Shown in pieces: positions 40,064 through 51,782 of a DNA stretch of 63,739 bases. The first letter of the stretch is position 1, and every line of letters begins with the position of its first letter. The translations under genes were made by a program, and so were the position numbers. The stretch is from Rhynchobatus australiae (taxonomy: Eukaryota): NCBI GenBank assembly GCA_034780895.1, contig JAUZTB010000017.1, positions 23,261,827 through 23,325,565 of the forward strand. The letters run 5' to 3'. The notes beneath the pieces are model-generated. The model worked only from the letters and a program-made list of their open reading frames with translations. It was not told where the DNA came from and did not search any database.

Positions 40064-40268
40064 AGGTGAGTGCGTGGAATGGGCTGCCAGCAACAGTGGT
40101 GGAGGCGGATATGATAGGGTCTTTTAAGAGACTTTTGGAGAGGTACATGGAGCTGAGAAGAATAGAGGGCTATGGGTAAGCCTAGTAATTTCTAGGGTAG
40201 AGACATATTCGCCACAACTTTGTGGGCTGAAGGGCCTGAATTGTGCTGTTGGTTTTTCTATGTTTCTA
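40064..40268 (+). mobile_element. Relatively young CR1/HER1-like LINE 3' end
   Basis: VSAWNGLPATVVEADMIGSFKRLLERYMELRRIEGYG* plus tail tgtgggctgaagggcctgaattgtgctg. Confidence 0.85.
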
Positions 40269-40854
40269 AAACATTTACAGTTTTAGCCATCACCAAAATT
40301 CCTTTTGTTGTAAGATATGGTAATTATTCTCCATCAGGATATCAGCAGCAGATCATTTTCTTATTATCTTATGTAACTGACTGAAATGGAATATAAATAA
40401 AGAAATGCATATTTCCTCTACCATTGAACTTTATGTTAAATGCCTATGGCTGATAGTATGCTAACAATGAATTATTCATTGAAAAACATTACTGTCTAAG
40501 GCCTGGGATTTCCCCAAATTCCATCCCACTCCCATCTGGTCTTAGTGAATCCACCTTCCAAGGGGGGGTCCAATACATTTCCAGCTGTACGTCTGTGCTT
40601 CTACCTATATTGCTAACGATTAATCACCTGGAACTTTGCAACTGTTGCCTGTGGAATTCTTATTGTTCTTTTTCTTAACACTTTATAGGCAAGAAGCCGA
40701 TCTCTCTGCTTTTCTTGATGATACAGCGGAGTAAAACATCAATGGCATTAAGCAATTAACTAAAGGAAATTCACTCCCAGTGCCCAGGCTAGTATTATTT
40801 GCTCAGACAATTTCATCAAAACAAATTATTCAATAAGCAAAAACAAACTGCAGG

Positions 40855-41608
40855 GGCACATGGTCCTGTCTACATTAATAGTGCTGAGGTCGAGAGGGTT
40901 GAGAGCTTCAAGTTCCTAGGAATGATCATCATCAATAGCCTGTCCTTGTCAACCACATAGATATCATGGCCAAAAAAGCTCACAAGTGCCTTTACTTCCC
41001 CAGGAAGCTAAAGAAATTTGGCATGTTCCCTTTGACATTCACCAATCTTTATTGATGGACCATAGAAAGCATCCTATCTGGATACATCACAGATTGGTAT
41101 GGCAACTACTCTGCCCAGGACCACAAGAAACTGCAGAGAGTTGTGGACACAGCTCAGCACATTATGGAAACCAGCCTCCCTTCCATGGACTCCGTCTACA
41201 CTTCTTCCTGCTTCAGTAAAGCAGCCAGCATAATCAAAGACCCCACCCACCCCAGACATTCTCTCTTCTCCCCTCTCCCATCGAGCAAAAGATACAAAAA
41301 TCTGAAAGCATGTACCATCAGGGTCAAGGACAGCTTCTATCCTGTGTTGTAAGACAATTGAATGGTTTCCTAGTATGATAAGATAGACTCTTGACCTCAC
41401 AATCTACCTCGTTATGACCATGCACCTTATTGGCTACCTGCACTGCACTTACTCTGTAGCTGTGATACTTTATTCTGCGTTCTGTATTGTTTTACCTTGT
41501 ACTACCTCAATACACTGTGTAATGAATTGATCTGTATGAACAGTATGCAAGTCAAGTTTTTCACTGTACCTTGGTACAGGTGACAATAATAAACCAATTC
41601 CAATTCCA
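40855..41608 (+). mobile_element. Rex1/Babar-like non-LTR retrotransposon, 5'-truncated
   Basis: VERVESFKFLG, IESILSGYITDWYGNYSAQDHKKLQRVVDTAQHIMETSLPS, KAASIIKDPTHPRHSLFSPLPSSKRY, then 3' UTR ending aataaaccaattccaattcc. Confidence 0.85.
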
Positions 41609-41609
41609 A

Positions 41610-42482
41610 ATCTGAAACAGAAAATGCTGGAGAAATTCAACCGGGGAGAGAAACAGCGATAACACTTCTGGGTGATGACCTTTCATCAGAATTAGAAAAA
41701 TGAGAAAGCAAATGTATTTTAAGTTCAGAGAGGGGGAGGAGCAGAGAGAACACAGAGAATGTCTTTGATAAGCTGAAGATCAAGACTTTCCAGTTAGGAA
41801 CTGCTTTTGATTCCATCTGAGAGAGGGTGGTGAAAGCCTGTTGCTCATAGCTGGCTTGCCTGGAGGGTTGTAAATAGAGGCAGAAGTGAAAGTAGTGGAG
41901 TAAGACAAAAATTGCTGGAACATTGAGTTGCAGAACACAGCATGTGGATGATCTGACATTAGAACCTGCCAATGCTGATACGAACAGGAAAGGCTGGTTA
42001 ATGAAAATGTTGGGCTGCTAAGTGTCTAAACAGAAGTTGTGGTGCTGTTCCTGGGACTTCGTTGGAACAGTGTAGGAGTCCTTTGATGGTGAGGTCAGAG
42101 TGAGACAGAATTTGAATAATATGCAACTGGAAGCTGAGGATCACCCCTGCCAGCAGAACAGAGATGATATGCAAAGCAGTCACCCAATCTGCAGCTGGTT
42201 TCTCCAATGTAGACTGTATGGCTTTACAGCACACTCTGATCTGTCTGTTAGTGGCCAGTTGTGCTGTTTCAAAGAAGCCCAATGTAAGCTCTGGGAAGTA
42301 CACCCCATCTTCCATCTGGGCACATTGCAGTCCTCAGGGGTCTATTTTTGAATTTTACAATTTCAGATAAACAGCCTTTCTTGTTTCTGACACAACTGGC
42401 CAGTTCTGATGTAAAATCCTCCAACTGGAGCACTAACTCAGTTCTTCTCTTTCCACAGATGCTACCAGACCTGCTGAGTATT
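41610..42482. mobile_element. Penelope-like element with internal inversion
   Basis: Minus strand: terminal repeat (41610-41695) and GIY-YIG C-terminal remnant SHSDLTIKGLLHCSNE; plus strand: HSDLSVSGQLCCFKEAQCKLWEVHPIFHLGTLQSSG then terminal repeat to 42482. Confidence 0.7.
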
Positions 42483-43440
42483 NNNNNNNNNNNNNNNNNN
42501 NNNNNNNNNNNNNNNNNNNNNNNNNNNNNNNNNNNNNNNNNNNNNNNNNNNNNNNNNNNNNNNNNNNNNNNNNNNNNNNNNNNNNNNNNNNNNNNNNNNN
42601 NNNNNNNNNNNNNNNNNNNNNNNNNNNNNNNNNNNNNNNNNNNNNNNNNNNNNNNNNNNNNNNNNNNNNNNNNNNNNNNNNNNNNNNNNNNNNNNNNNNN
42701 NNNNNNNNNNNNNNNNNNNNNNNNNNNNNNNNNNNNNNNNNNNNNNNNNNNNNNNNNNNNNNNNNNNNNNNNNNNNNNNNNNNNNNNNNNNNNNNNNNNN
42801 NNNNNNNNNNNNNNNNNNNNNNNNNNNNNNNNNNNNNNNNNNNNNNNNNNNNNNNNNNNNNNNNNNNNNNNNNNNNNNNNNNNNNNNNNNNNNNNNNNNN
42901 NNNNNNNNNNNNNNNNNNNNNNNNNNNNNNNNNNNNNNNNNNNNNNNNNNNNNNNNNNNNNNNNNNNNNNNNNNNNNNNNNNNNNNNNNNNNNNNNNNNN
43001 NNNNNNNNNNNNNNNNNNNNNNNNNNNNNNNNNNNNNNNNNNNNNNNNNNNNNNNNNNNNNNNNNNNNNNNNNNNNNNNNNNNNNNNNNNNNNNNNNNNN
43101 NNNNNNNNNNNNNNNNNNNNNNNNNNNNNNNNNNNNNNNNNNNNNNNNNNNNNNNNNNNNNNNNNNNNNNNNNNNNNNNNNNNNNNNNNNNNNNNNNNNN
43201 NNNNNNNNNNNNNNNNNNNNNNNNNNNNNNNNNCTCAAGATGGTAGAATTGCACAGCAAGAAATTAAAAGAAATATTTTTGCTAAAAATTGATAAATAAT
43301 TACTATCTTATTGGCTGCTTTAAATAAATAAAATGTATCCATTTTAATCTGGAAAAAGAGATATATTGATAAAATCTCATGAAACACTTAATTACTATCT
43401 AATTATGGCATTAACTTAGAAGTGATATTTAATAGGATAA

Positions 43441-43640
43441 AACCAGAAATGCTGGAAGAACTCAGCCAATCAAACAACACTTGAGGAAGGAGAAACCAGT
43501 CAACATTCGAGTCAGTGAATACTCTGAGCTCTGAGGAAGAGTCCCTGACCTGAAGTGTTCACTGATTTCTCTTTCCACAGATACTGGCTGAGTTCTCCCA
43601 GCATTTCTGTTTTTGTTTTGGCTTCCAGTATCTGAGGTTT
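43441..43640. mobile_element. Palindromic non-coding element made of two inverted Penelope terminal repeats
   Basis: cagaaatgctggaagaactcagcca (43444-43468) is the reverse complement of tggctgagttctcccagcatttctg (43585-43609) with 1 mismatch in 25. Confidence 0.8.
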
Positions 43641-43914
43641 ATTTGTTAATGGGATAGTTATCCAGTGAAAATGGATTGAGAAAAAGTAATGTTGTAAATT
43701 GATATTGCAATATCATGGTTACTCACAACCTGTGAAGTATCATCAGCAATGAGATGTTAATTTCCCCACAGCTCATATCCACACATTTATTACCATAGCC
43801 AATGAAAGAAGTTAACAGAAGTTCATCTATACTATGCTTCCACCGCTCCAGTTCCTGCAGTACTGTTCTGTGTTCACCAAGATCATGACTATCATGGTTA
43901 TTTGACTGTGGTGT

Positions 43915-44213
43915 ACAGAATTATAAGGGGGATAGATAGGGTAGATAGTAAAAATCTTTTTCCCATGGTGGGGATGTGCATAGGTTTAAGATGAGAGGTA
44001 GAAGGTTAAGAGGAGGAATATTTTTCACACAGAGGGTGATTAAAGTCTGGATTGCATTGCCTAGAGGTGGTGGAGGCAGATATCCTCAAGGTGAGTACTT
44101 GAATCACCAAGGCATGGCGTATCATGGGTAAATGGGATTAATGAAGGCAAAGAGGGTGGCATGGACACGGTGAGCCGAAGGGATTGCTTCTATGCTGCAC
44201 GGCTCTATGACTC
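43915..44213 (+). mobile_element. CR1/HER1-like LINE 3' end
   Basis: gatagatagggtagatagtaaaaatctttttcccatgg...tttttcacacagagggtg...gaggtggtggaggcaga...gagccgaaggg...ctctatgactc. Confidence 0.8.
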
Positions 44214-44519
44214 CACGAGAATGTACAAGGGAGGTGCTACCATCAGGCTACATGTGATAGGTCAGAGCATATCTGGCAGCTCCAACCTGGGCATTTGTGA
44301 AGTGCTGAGGCCCATTAGTGGCACCAGAGTCATATCCCTCATTCTACCTTTACCATCAAGCCAGAGCATCAACTCTACTTTACTGAGGAGGGTAGAACAG
44401 TATAGCACCAGCATCTAACATACCTAATGAGGAGGTATGAGTACATCCAAGTGAGTCCCCAGAAGAAGCATGCTACAGGTGGCATTAGGTAATATTGCTA
44501 TAGGTACTATTTCACAGGA

Positions 44520-45365
44520 TCACCACTCTGTTGTGGACCATCTGGATAACAGAAACACATAATTTAGGCTACTCTTCACACTACAGCTTGGTGTTCAACA
44601 TAATCACCCCACCAAACTTATCACCAAGCTCCAAGACCTGGGTCTCTGTACCTCCCTTTGCAACTGGATCCTTGACTTCCTCATCGGCAAACCTCCAATC
44701 AGTGAGGATCAGTAACAGCATCTCCTGCTCATTGACCACCAACACAGGCGCACCTCAGGGCTGTGTGCTTAAGCCCCTGCTCTACTCTCTTTACACCCAC
44801 AACTGTGTGGCTAAGCACTGCTCCAATACCATCTACAGATTGGCCAATGACACCACAGTTGTTGGCTGAATCATGGGTGGTGATGAGTCAGCATACAGGA
44901 GTGAAACAGGACACCTGGTTGAGTGGTGTCACAATAACAACTTCTTGATCAATGTCATCAAAACCAAGGAACTAATCATTGACTTCAGAAAGGGGAAGTT
45001 GGGAGACCATGTGCCAGTTTGGTGGTTCAGAGGTGGAGAGAGTTAGCAGCTTCAAGTTCCTGGGTGTTCACATCTCAGATGACCTGACATTGTCTAGCAC
45101 ATGGAAGTAGTCATAAAGTAGGTGTGCCAGCACCTCGACTTTTGAAGAAACTTAAGGAGATTCATCATGTCACCAAATACTCCAAAAAACTTCTGCAGGT
45201 GCACTGCAGGAGGTATCCTGACTGGTTGCATCTTGGCCTGCTATGGCAATTCCAAACCACAGGAACGCAAGAGGCTGCAGAGAGTAGTGGACACAGCCTT
45301 GTTCATCACAGGCACAGCCCTCCCCACCATTGAAAGCATCTGCATGAAGCCTCAAGAAGATAGCA
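44520..45365 (+). mobile_element. Rex1/Babar-like element, RT region
   Basis: [51 protein letters not shown] (degenerate FADD box), KTKELIIDFRK, ILTGCILACYGN...RKRLQRVVDTA. Confidence 0.88.
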
Positions 45366-45371
45366 TCTGTC

Positions 45372-45585
45372 TTTCATATTCCGCTGGATTGAAAAAAACG
45401 AACTGAGAATGAAATACGTTTATTGGCTGACAAGATTAAAGAAATTGATAAAAAATATTCAGATACTCCGAATCTTGAGCTTTTTAAAAAGAGAACAGAA
45501 CTCCATCTACAACACAGTTTATTATTAACTTCTTCAATTGAAAATCTACTACTTAAAAACAGAAGTCAATTTTATATACATGATG
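45372..45585 (+). mobile_element. L1-clade LINE ORF2 fragment (endonuclease-RT linker)
   Basis: SYSAGLKK..ENEIRLLADKIKEIDKKYSDTPNLELFKKRTELHLQHSLLLTSSIENLLLKNRSQFYIH resembles the L1 ORF2 segment preceding the FYE.GDK motif; abrupt shift to A-rich composition. Confidence 0.65.
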
Positions 45586-45714
45586 NNNNNNNNNNNNNNN
45601 NNNNNNNNNNNNNNNNNNNNNNNNNNNNNNNNNNNNNNNNNNNNNNNNNNNNNCTCTTTTGTTTTTTTGACACTGAGGGAAAGGTTGTTGTCATGACATC
45701 ATTCCACTAAGCTC

Positions 45715-46280
45715 TACAGAAGCTTGAAGTCCCACACCACCCTGTTTAGGAACAGTTATTATCCTGCAGCCATTGGGAACTTGAACCAAATTGCACAACC
45801 CTAACCCTACCTCAGCAATGGAACACTATGGACCACCTATGTTGTACAATAAAGATGAATTCTTGAGCTCTCAATCCACCTCATCATGGCCCTTGCACCT
45901 TATTTGTCTACCTGCACTGCACTTCCTCTGTAACTGCAACACTATTTTCTGCATTCTGTTATTGTTTTTCCTTTTGTACTACCTCAATGTACTTATATTT
46001 CGAATGATCTGAATGGCTGGCATGTAGAGCAAAGCTTTTCACTGTATCTCAGTACATGTGACAATACTAAACCAATTACCTTTTGCACTATCATGGACTT
46101 GTCTCTGATTGTGCTTTTTATGCACTGATGTCTTGTTTTGCACAGTATTTTTCTTCACTGTCTTGTATAATTTCTGTGTCTTATCTGAATCTATGTGCAT
46201 GTGATGCTGCTGCAAGCAAGTTCTTCATTTTCCCTGTACCTCAGTTTACTTATGCACATGATAATAAACTTGGCTTGCCT
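45715..46280 (+). mobile_element. Rex1/Babar-like 3' end with a second subfamily 3' UTR nested inside (~45855-46080)
   Basis: YRSLKSHTTLFRNSYYPAAI, then a UTR copy matching 41385-41600, then a different UTR ending gataataaacttggcttg. Confidence 0.7.
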
Positions 46281-46544
46281 CGACTTGTGCCAAGCATCCC
46301 ACAAGCAAGTGATGAGTCAAAGCCATGCAGACTGCTGCATCCAACCATGAATAGTAATGGACAATTAAACGACAGACAAGAAAAACATATGTCCTGTCCA
46401 CAAAATCAAACAAATTAATTATCACTGATCCATCTCACTCACTAACAAATTAGTGGAAAGTGTTTCAAATTATAAAAACAAATTTCATTTACTCAACAAG
46501 AAACCTGCACATCGGTGCTCATGATGCGATTCACATGGACTACT

Positions 46545-47165
46545 GGTAGTGGCAGGTGGTCTCACGACATTTAAGAAATACTTAGATGGAAACCTGAAAT
46601 ACCATGGTGTAGAAGGCTGTGGGTTGAGTGCTGGTAAATAAGACTGGTAGAGTTGGGTATCTGATCACCAGTGAAGAAATGATGGGCCAAAGGGTCTATT
46701 TCTGTGCTGTGACTCTACTTGGCTCCAAGCCTCATTCTAACAGGTTTCACATGTGGACAAAGGAGTTGAATTTCAGAGTTGAGATGAGAAAATCTACTCT
46801 TGACAGCAGGGTGGCATTTTACTGAAATGGATATGAAGGAGCCATAGCAAAATTAGCAAACAAGGGAAAATTCTCCACTGGTTGTTGTTAATGTCTAGCA
46901 TAAAGGAAGAGGTTGTCGTCATTGGATTTCGATGATCTCAGCTCCAGGATATCTTTGACAGCATTCACCAAAGCAATGTTCCAAGCCCAGCATCTTCTAC
47001 TGCTTCATCACTGACCCGTCATAACTTTTGAAGTGGAGATAGTGTGTGCGAGGGATCCGTCCTTGTGTGGGTGAGAGGGAGGGGAGGGGAGGCAGAGAGG
47101 GAGAGAATGTGTTTGAGGGTCTACACTGCTCCATTTGCTGTTCCTCAGACAATGAAGCAGTTCAT
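46545..47165 (+). mobile_element. CR1 3' tail (46545-46720) and old CR1-clade RT fragment (46800-47165)
   Basis: gacatttaagaaatacttagatg...gatgggccaaagggtctatttctgtgctgtgactct; then gggaaaattctccactggttg...ctccaggatatctttgacagcattcaccaaagcaatgttccaagccca...tgcttcatcactgacc. Confidence 0.6.
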
Positions 47166-47599
47166 NNNNNNNNNNNNNNNNNNNNNNNNNNNNNNNNNNN
47201 NNNNNNNNNNNNNNNNNNNNNNNNNNNNNNNNNNNNNNNNNNNNNNNNNNNNNNNNNNNNNNNNNNNNNNNNNNNNNNNNNNNNNNNNNNNNNNNNNNNN
47301 NNNNNNNNNNNNNNNNNNNNNNNNNNNNNNNNNNNNNNNNNNNNNNNNNNNNNNNNNNNNNNNNNNNNNNNNNNNNNNNNNNNNNNNNNNNNNNNNNNNN
47401 NNNNNNNNNNNNNNNNNNNNNNNNNNNNNNNNNNNNNNNNNNNNNNNNNNNNNNNNNNNNNNNNNNNNNNNNNNNNNNNNNNNNNNNNNNNNNNNNNNNN
47501 NNNNNNNNNNNNNNNNNNNNNNNNNNNNNNNNNNNNNNNNNNNNNNNNNNNNNNNNNNNNNNNNNNNNNNNNNNNNNNNNNNNNNNNNNNNNNNNNNNN

Positions 47600-48475
47600 G
47601 CTACTCTCCAATCCACTGGAATAATTTCTCAATCTAGAGAATTTTTTAAAATGATAACCAGACCAGCCATTATGAGAATGGCCACCTCTTTTAAGATTCC
47701 AGGATGTAGATCATCAGGTCCTTGGTATTTATTGGCTTTTGGACTTCCCCACTTCCCTACTTCTACCTTTTACTAATACTTATTTCCTTCAGTTACCCAT
47801 TCTCACCAGACCCTTAATTGTCTGGTATTTCTGGCAAGTTTTCAGTGACTTTAGCAAAGAAAGAAACAAAATGGTTATTTAAATTCTGTGCCATTTGCTT
47901 ATTCTGTGTTATAAATTCTTCCATTAAGGTCTGTAAGGGACATACATTTGTCCTTGATAATCTCTTCCTTTTTATCCACCTATAGAAGCTATTACAGTCC
48001 ATCATTCTATTTCCTGTCAGTTGTCCCTCATATTCTATCTTGCTTTTCTTTCATGAATTTCTTGGTCTTCCTTTGCTGAGTTCTAAAGTGCTTCCAATCC
48101 TCAGGCCTAATGCTATTTTAGCAATTTATAAGCCTCTTCCTTGGATTTAAAGCTAGCTTTATTTCCTCCTGTCAGAAATGGATAGACCTCTTTTCCTGTT
48201 GTTTTTGTGTGCCTTAAAGAAATACATTTTCTGCAAATTATGCATTATTTCTTCAAATGTCAGCTCTTGTTTGTGCACTGTCAGACTTTTCAATGTATTT
48301 TCACAATCAACCACAGACAACCCTCCCCTCATATATCCATAGTTTTCTAACTTCAGATTTAAGACCTAGATAAGATTGAACTGTATCACTTTTACACTCA
48401 ATGAACAATTCCATTATATTATTGTCAGTCTTCCCTGAAGACCTATTTACAGAAAGATTATCAATTACCTTTGAG
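47600..48475 (-). mobile_element. CR1 LINE ORF2 fragment (linker region)
   Basis: Minus-strand FYRWIKRKRLSRTNVCPLQTLMEEFITQNKQMAQNLNNHFVSFF matches CR1 FY.Y...KR.....GPL.......MA..LN.YF.SVF. Confidence 0.75.
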
Positions 48476-48529
48476 GTTCTCATTACCCTATCAAACTAAT
48501 TCAAACACTCCCCAACAAGCAAGCAGAGG

Positions 48530-49555
48530 CTCAGGGTGGCCATTGTGGACAGAGCGCAGGTGCTCTGCAAAATGGTTGCCTCGTCTACACTTGGTCTCAC
48601 CAATGCAGAGGAGAACTGAATACCATAGACCAAGTTGAAAGAGGTGCACGTGAATCTCTGCCTCACCTGGAAGAGCTGTTTAAGTCCCTGGATGGTGATG
48701 AGGGAGGAGGTATAGGGACAAGTGTTGCACCTCCTATGGCTGCAAATCAAAGCCTCTATCTCTCCCCTTCCCTCTCCCCTCCCCCACCTGTCTCCACCTG
48801 CTTTTTTTCTTTCTTCTTATCTTTCCACCAATCACCTATCAGCCTGGTCTCAACACTCTACCTCCCCCTCCACTACCTAGAATCAGAATCAGATTTATTA
48901 TCACTAACTGATATGATCTGAAATTTATAGTTTTGCAGCAGCAGTACAGTGAAAAGACATAAAATTATTATAAAGTACAAAAATAAATAAATTGTGCAAA
49001 TAAAAGGAATAACGAGGTAGTGTTAATGGGTTCAGAAACCTGATAGCGGAGGAGAAGAAGCTGTTCCTGAATCGTTGAGTGTGGGTCTTCAGACTCCTGT
49101 ACGTCCTCCCTGATGGTAGCAACGTGAAGAGGGCGTGTCCTGGGTGGTGAGAATCCTTACTAATGAATGCCGCCTTCTTGAGCCACCGCTTCTTGATGTC
49201 CTTGATGGTGGGATGGGGGGGGGTGGTTGTACCCATGATGGAGGTGGCTGAGTCTACAGCCCTCTGCAGCCTCTTGCGACCCTGTGCATTGGAGCCTCCG
49301 GACCAGGCTTTGTTGCAACCAGTCAGATTGCTCTTCAATGTACATCTGTAGAAATTTGTAAGAATTTCTTACTGAGCTCATCATCATCCGCCCCATAAAG
49401 TTCTACCTATCACCTATCAGCTTTTATCTCATCCCTCCCTCTCACTTCTGTATACTAGTTATCACTCTCAGTCCTGAGGCAAGGTCTCAACCCAAAGGGT
49501 TGTCCATCCCTTTGCCAACTCGTTGAGGTCTTCCATCAGTTTATTCTTTTACTTG
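48530..49555. mobile_element. Penelope-like element with inversion, split by a later insertion
   Basis: Minus strand 48530-48745: CSHRRCNTCPYTSSLITIQGLKQLFQVRQRFTCTSFNLVYGI (Cys-rich linker and start of GIY-YIG); plus-strand pyrimidine-rich 3' region 48750-48880 resumes at 49380 and ends in a terminal repeat (cagtcctgaggcaaggtctcaacccaaa). Confidence 0.7.
48881..49375 (-). mobile_element. Rex1/Babar-like 3' end inserted into the Penelope-like element
   Basis: Minus-strand RKRLQRAVDSATSIMG...KKAAFISKDSHHPGHALFTLLPSGRTYRSLKTHTQRFRNSFFSSAIRFLN; tail aataaatctgattctgattct. Confidence 0.85.
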
Positions 49556-50905
49556 TCTGAAGACATTGGCTCCTATCATCCGTGGGTGAAATCCAGAAAC
49601 CCTGTACCTGACACTTGTGAGTGTACCTTCACCATAATCACTACAATGATTCAAGTAGGTGGTTTATCCACACCTTTCCAAGATCAGCTACGGACGGAGA
49701 TTAAATACTGGCCTTGCCAGCAATATCTACAAGCTGCGATTGAAAAGCAACAGAAAAATCACAATAACTAATCATATGCCTTTTTGCTTGTTGCGGTAAA
49801 CTTACTAGGAGCAAAAGACTGCTATGCTCCTTGCATAACAAAGCTGTTGCTCTCGAAAGCTGCCCATTTTTAAACATTTGTAAGGTGGGTGAAAAGGGCT
49901 TTATTGATCATGGTGGGACCGTGCTGGGCTACCCATGCGGTGTACCTGGACCTCCGATAGGGGTCAGTAACGTACCTCTTGTCTTGCGAGTTAGTTATAG
50001 CAGGAAACAAAAATATGCGATTTAAATTGTAACTTCAACAAGTACATTCGTCCTCAGTTGGACAATTACAACACAATGTTCCATAAATATATTTATAAGA
50101 ATTACGACGTTGGGCCTTGCTTTTTTCGTTGAAGTACACATATTTGTATATAAGGAAATATTTAATAAGACGATACATGGATCAAACAGTTGCATATCGT
50201 AATGAAAAATCGCCACATATCATGCGTTTGCTGATAAATAACGAAAGCTGTTGTAAGTGTTTTGCACATATAATACAAAGTAGCTGTCTTACCTTTGCTG
50301 TGGTCGGTGTGTGTTGATCAATATGTAATTGTTTATTTCTGCAACAGCAATTGCTTATGATTAAGTAATTCAACTCAGACTGAGTTTGCACACATACAAT
50401 CCTGTTTACGGTAATTTCAAAAAGATTGCTCGTATTTAGTTATTTAAACAGGGTAAGCGATTTCACTGCACCTCATTCTGTTNNNNNNNNNNNNNNNNNN
50501 NNNNNNNNNNNNNNNNNNNNNNNNNNNNNNNNNNNNNNNNNNNNNNNNNNNNNNNNNNNNNNNNNNNNNNNNNNNNNNNNNNNNNNNNNNNNNNNNNNNN
50601 NNNNNNNNNNNNNNNNNNNNNNNNNNNNNNNNNNNNNNNNNNNNNNNNNNNNNNNNNNNNNNNNNNNNNNNNNNNNNNNNNNNNNNNNNNNNNNNNNNNN
50701 NNNNNNNNNNNNNNNNNNNNNNNNNNNNNNNNNNNNNNNNNNNNNNNNNTATAGAATTCAGCCAGGGTGCAACAAAGTACGGATTATATTTATGGTCTTT
50801 ATATGACTTTTGAAGATTTTGTCCTCTTGTTGTTGAGGAACCCGCTCGCTCCAGATGCTGTGCTGATCTGTGAGGGACACTGAGATCTGCTGGTGGTGAC
50901 GGTGA

Positions 50906-51006
50906 GGGGGGAGGGGCAGTCAGATTGATATACCTGTTCGAGTTGAGACTGCAGGCGATGCACCTAGTCATTATTTAAATACCGCACTTGGCTCTGGCTC
51001 CCAGTC
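50906..51006 (+). promoter_or_regulatory. Putative foxi2 core promoter (GC box, TATA-like box, initiator)
   Basis: GGGGGGAGGGGC at 50906-50917; TATTTAAA at 50972-50979; Inr-like CCAGTC at 51001-51006 with its A (51003) 31 nt from the TATA start; 78 nt upstream of the ATG. Confidence 0.6.
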
Positions 51007-51080
51007 TTCTGCTGTGAGGGATCAGGGGTTGGTGTAACAGCACGCTTGTCTAAAGCCCAAGCCAGCGTGCGTAGCGGATT

Positions 51081-51782
51081 ATGAACGCCTTTGGACAGCA
51101 GGCTCCGCCAAATGCTTCCCCTCACCAACTTCCCAACGCTCAGGATATCTTGGACATGGCCCTGTACTGCGACAACTTCAGCGTGTACCCGCAGAATCTG
51201 CACCATCACCATCCTCAGCGACCCTCTCCCCACCCACCGAGCTATGGGCTGGCCGACTACACCTCCCCGACCACCAACCCCTACCTTTGGCTCAACGGAC
51301 CGGCCATTAACTCTCCTCCTTATCTTCCAGGGAGCAATGGAGCGGCTTACATCCCGTCGGGGTACGGGACGGGCCAGCGTCAATTCCTGCCGCCCCCCTC
51401 GGGGTTCGGGGGGACTGAGCTGGGTTGGCTGTCCCTGCCCAGCCAGCAAGAACTTTTCAAAATGGTGCGCCCTCCTTACTCCTACTCCGCGCTCATCGCT
51501 ATGGCCATCCANNNNNNNNNNNNNNNNNNNNNNNNNNNNNNNNNNNNNNNNNNNNNNNNNNNNNNNNNNNNNNNNNNNNNNNNNNNNNNNNNNNNNNNNN
51601 NNNNNNNNNNNCCATCCAGAACGCGACCGACAAGAAACTGACGCTCAGTCAGATTTACCAGTACGTGGCTGAGAACTTCCCCTTCTACAAGAAGAGTAAA
51701 GCGGGCTGGCAAAACTCCATCCGCCACAACTTGTCCCTCAATGACTGTTTCAAAAAAGTTCCCAGGGACGAGGATGATCCAG
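51081..51782 (+). CDS. foxi2: Forkhead box I2-like transcription factor, coding exon 1 (real sequence 51081-51511 joined to 51619-51782; the 100-N gap is artefactual)
   Basis: Translates MNAFGQQ...[13 protein letters not shown]...[13 protein letters not shown]...GQRQFL...[15 protein letters not shown]|[56 protein letters not shown], a forkhead domain with FoxI-type N-terminal motifs. Ends CCA G|GTACAG (GT donor at 51783, phase 1). The N-terminus resembles amphibian Foxi2 as I remember it (MNTFGQQ...DMAMYCDNFS); FoxI family is near certain, the paralogue call less so. Confidence 0.9.

Noticed and set aside
42348-43292. Long ORFs such as the 314-aa, 273-aa, 202-aa and 196-aa entries
   Set aside because: They are long only because they run through N gaps.
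1-51000. Canonical neuropeptide S mature peptide (SFRNGVG) expected upstream by synteny
   Set aside because: A visual scan of Asn-Gly-Val codon contexts on both strands found no SFRNGVG; nearest were FPNGVR (~32640) and *NGVS (~31880). It could lie in a gap or outside the window, and a by-eye scan can miss it.
50964-51449. 161-aa minus-strand ORF, and similar ones at 51482-51934 and 52720-53058
   Set aside because: Antisense shadows of the GC-rich foxi2 exons; no domain signal.
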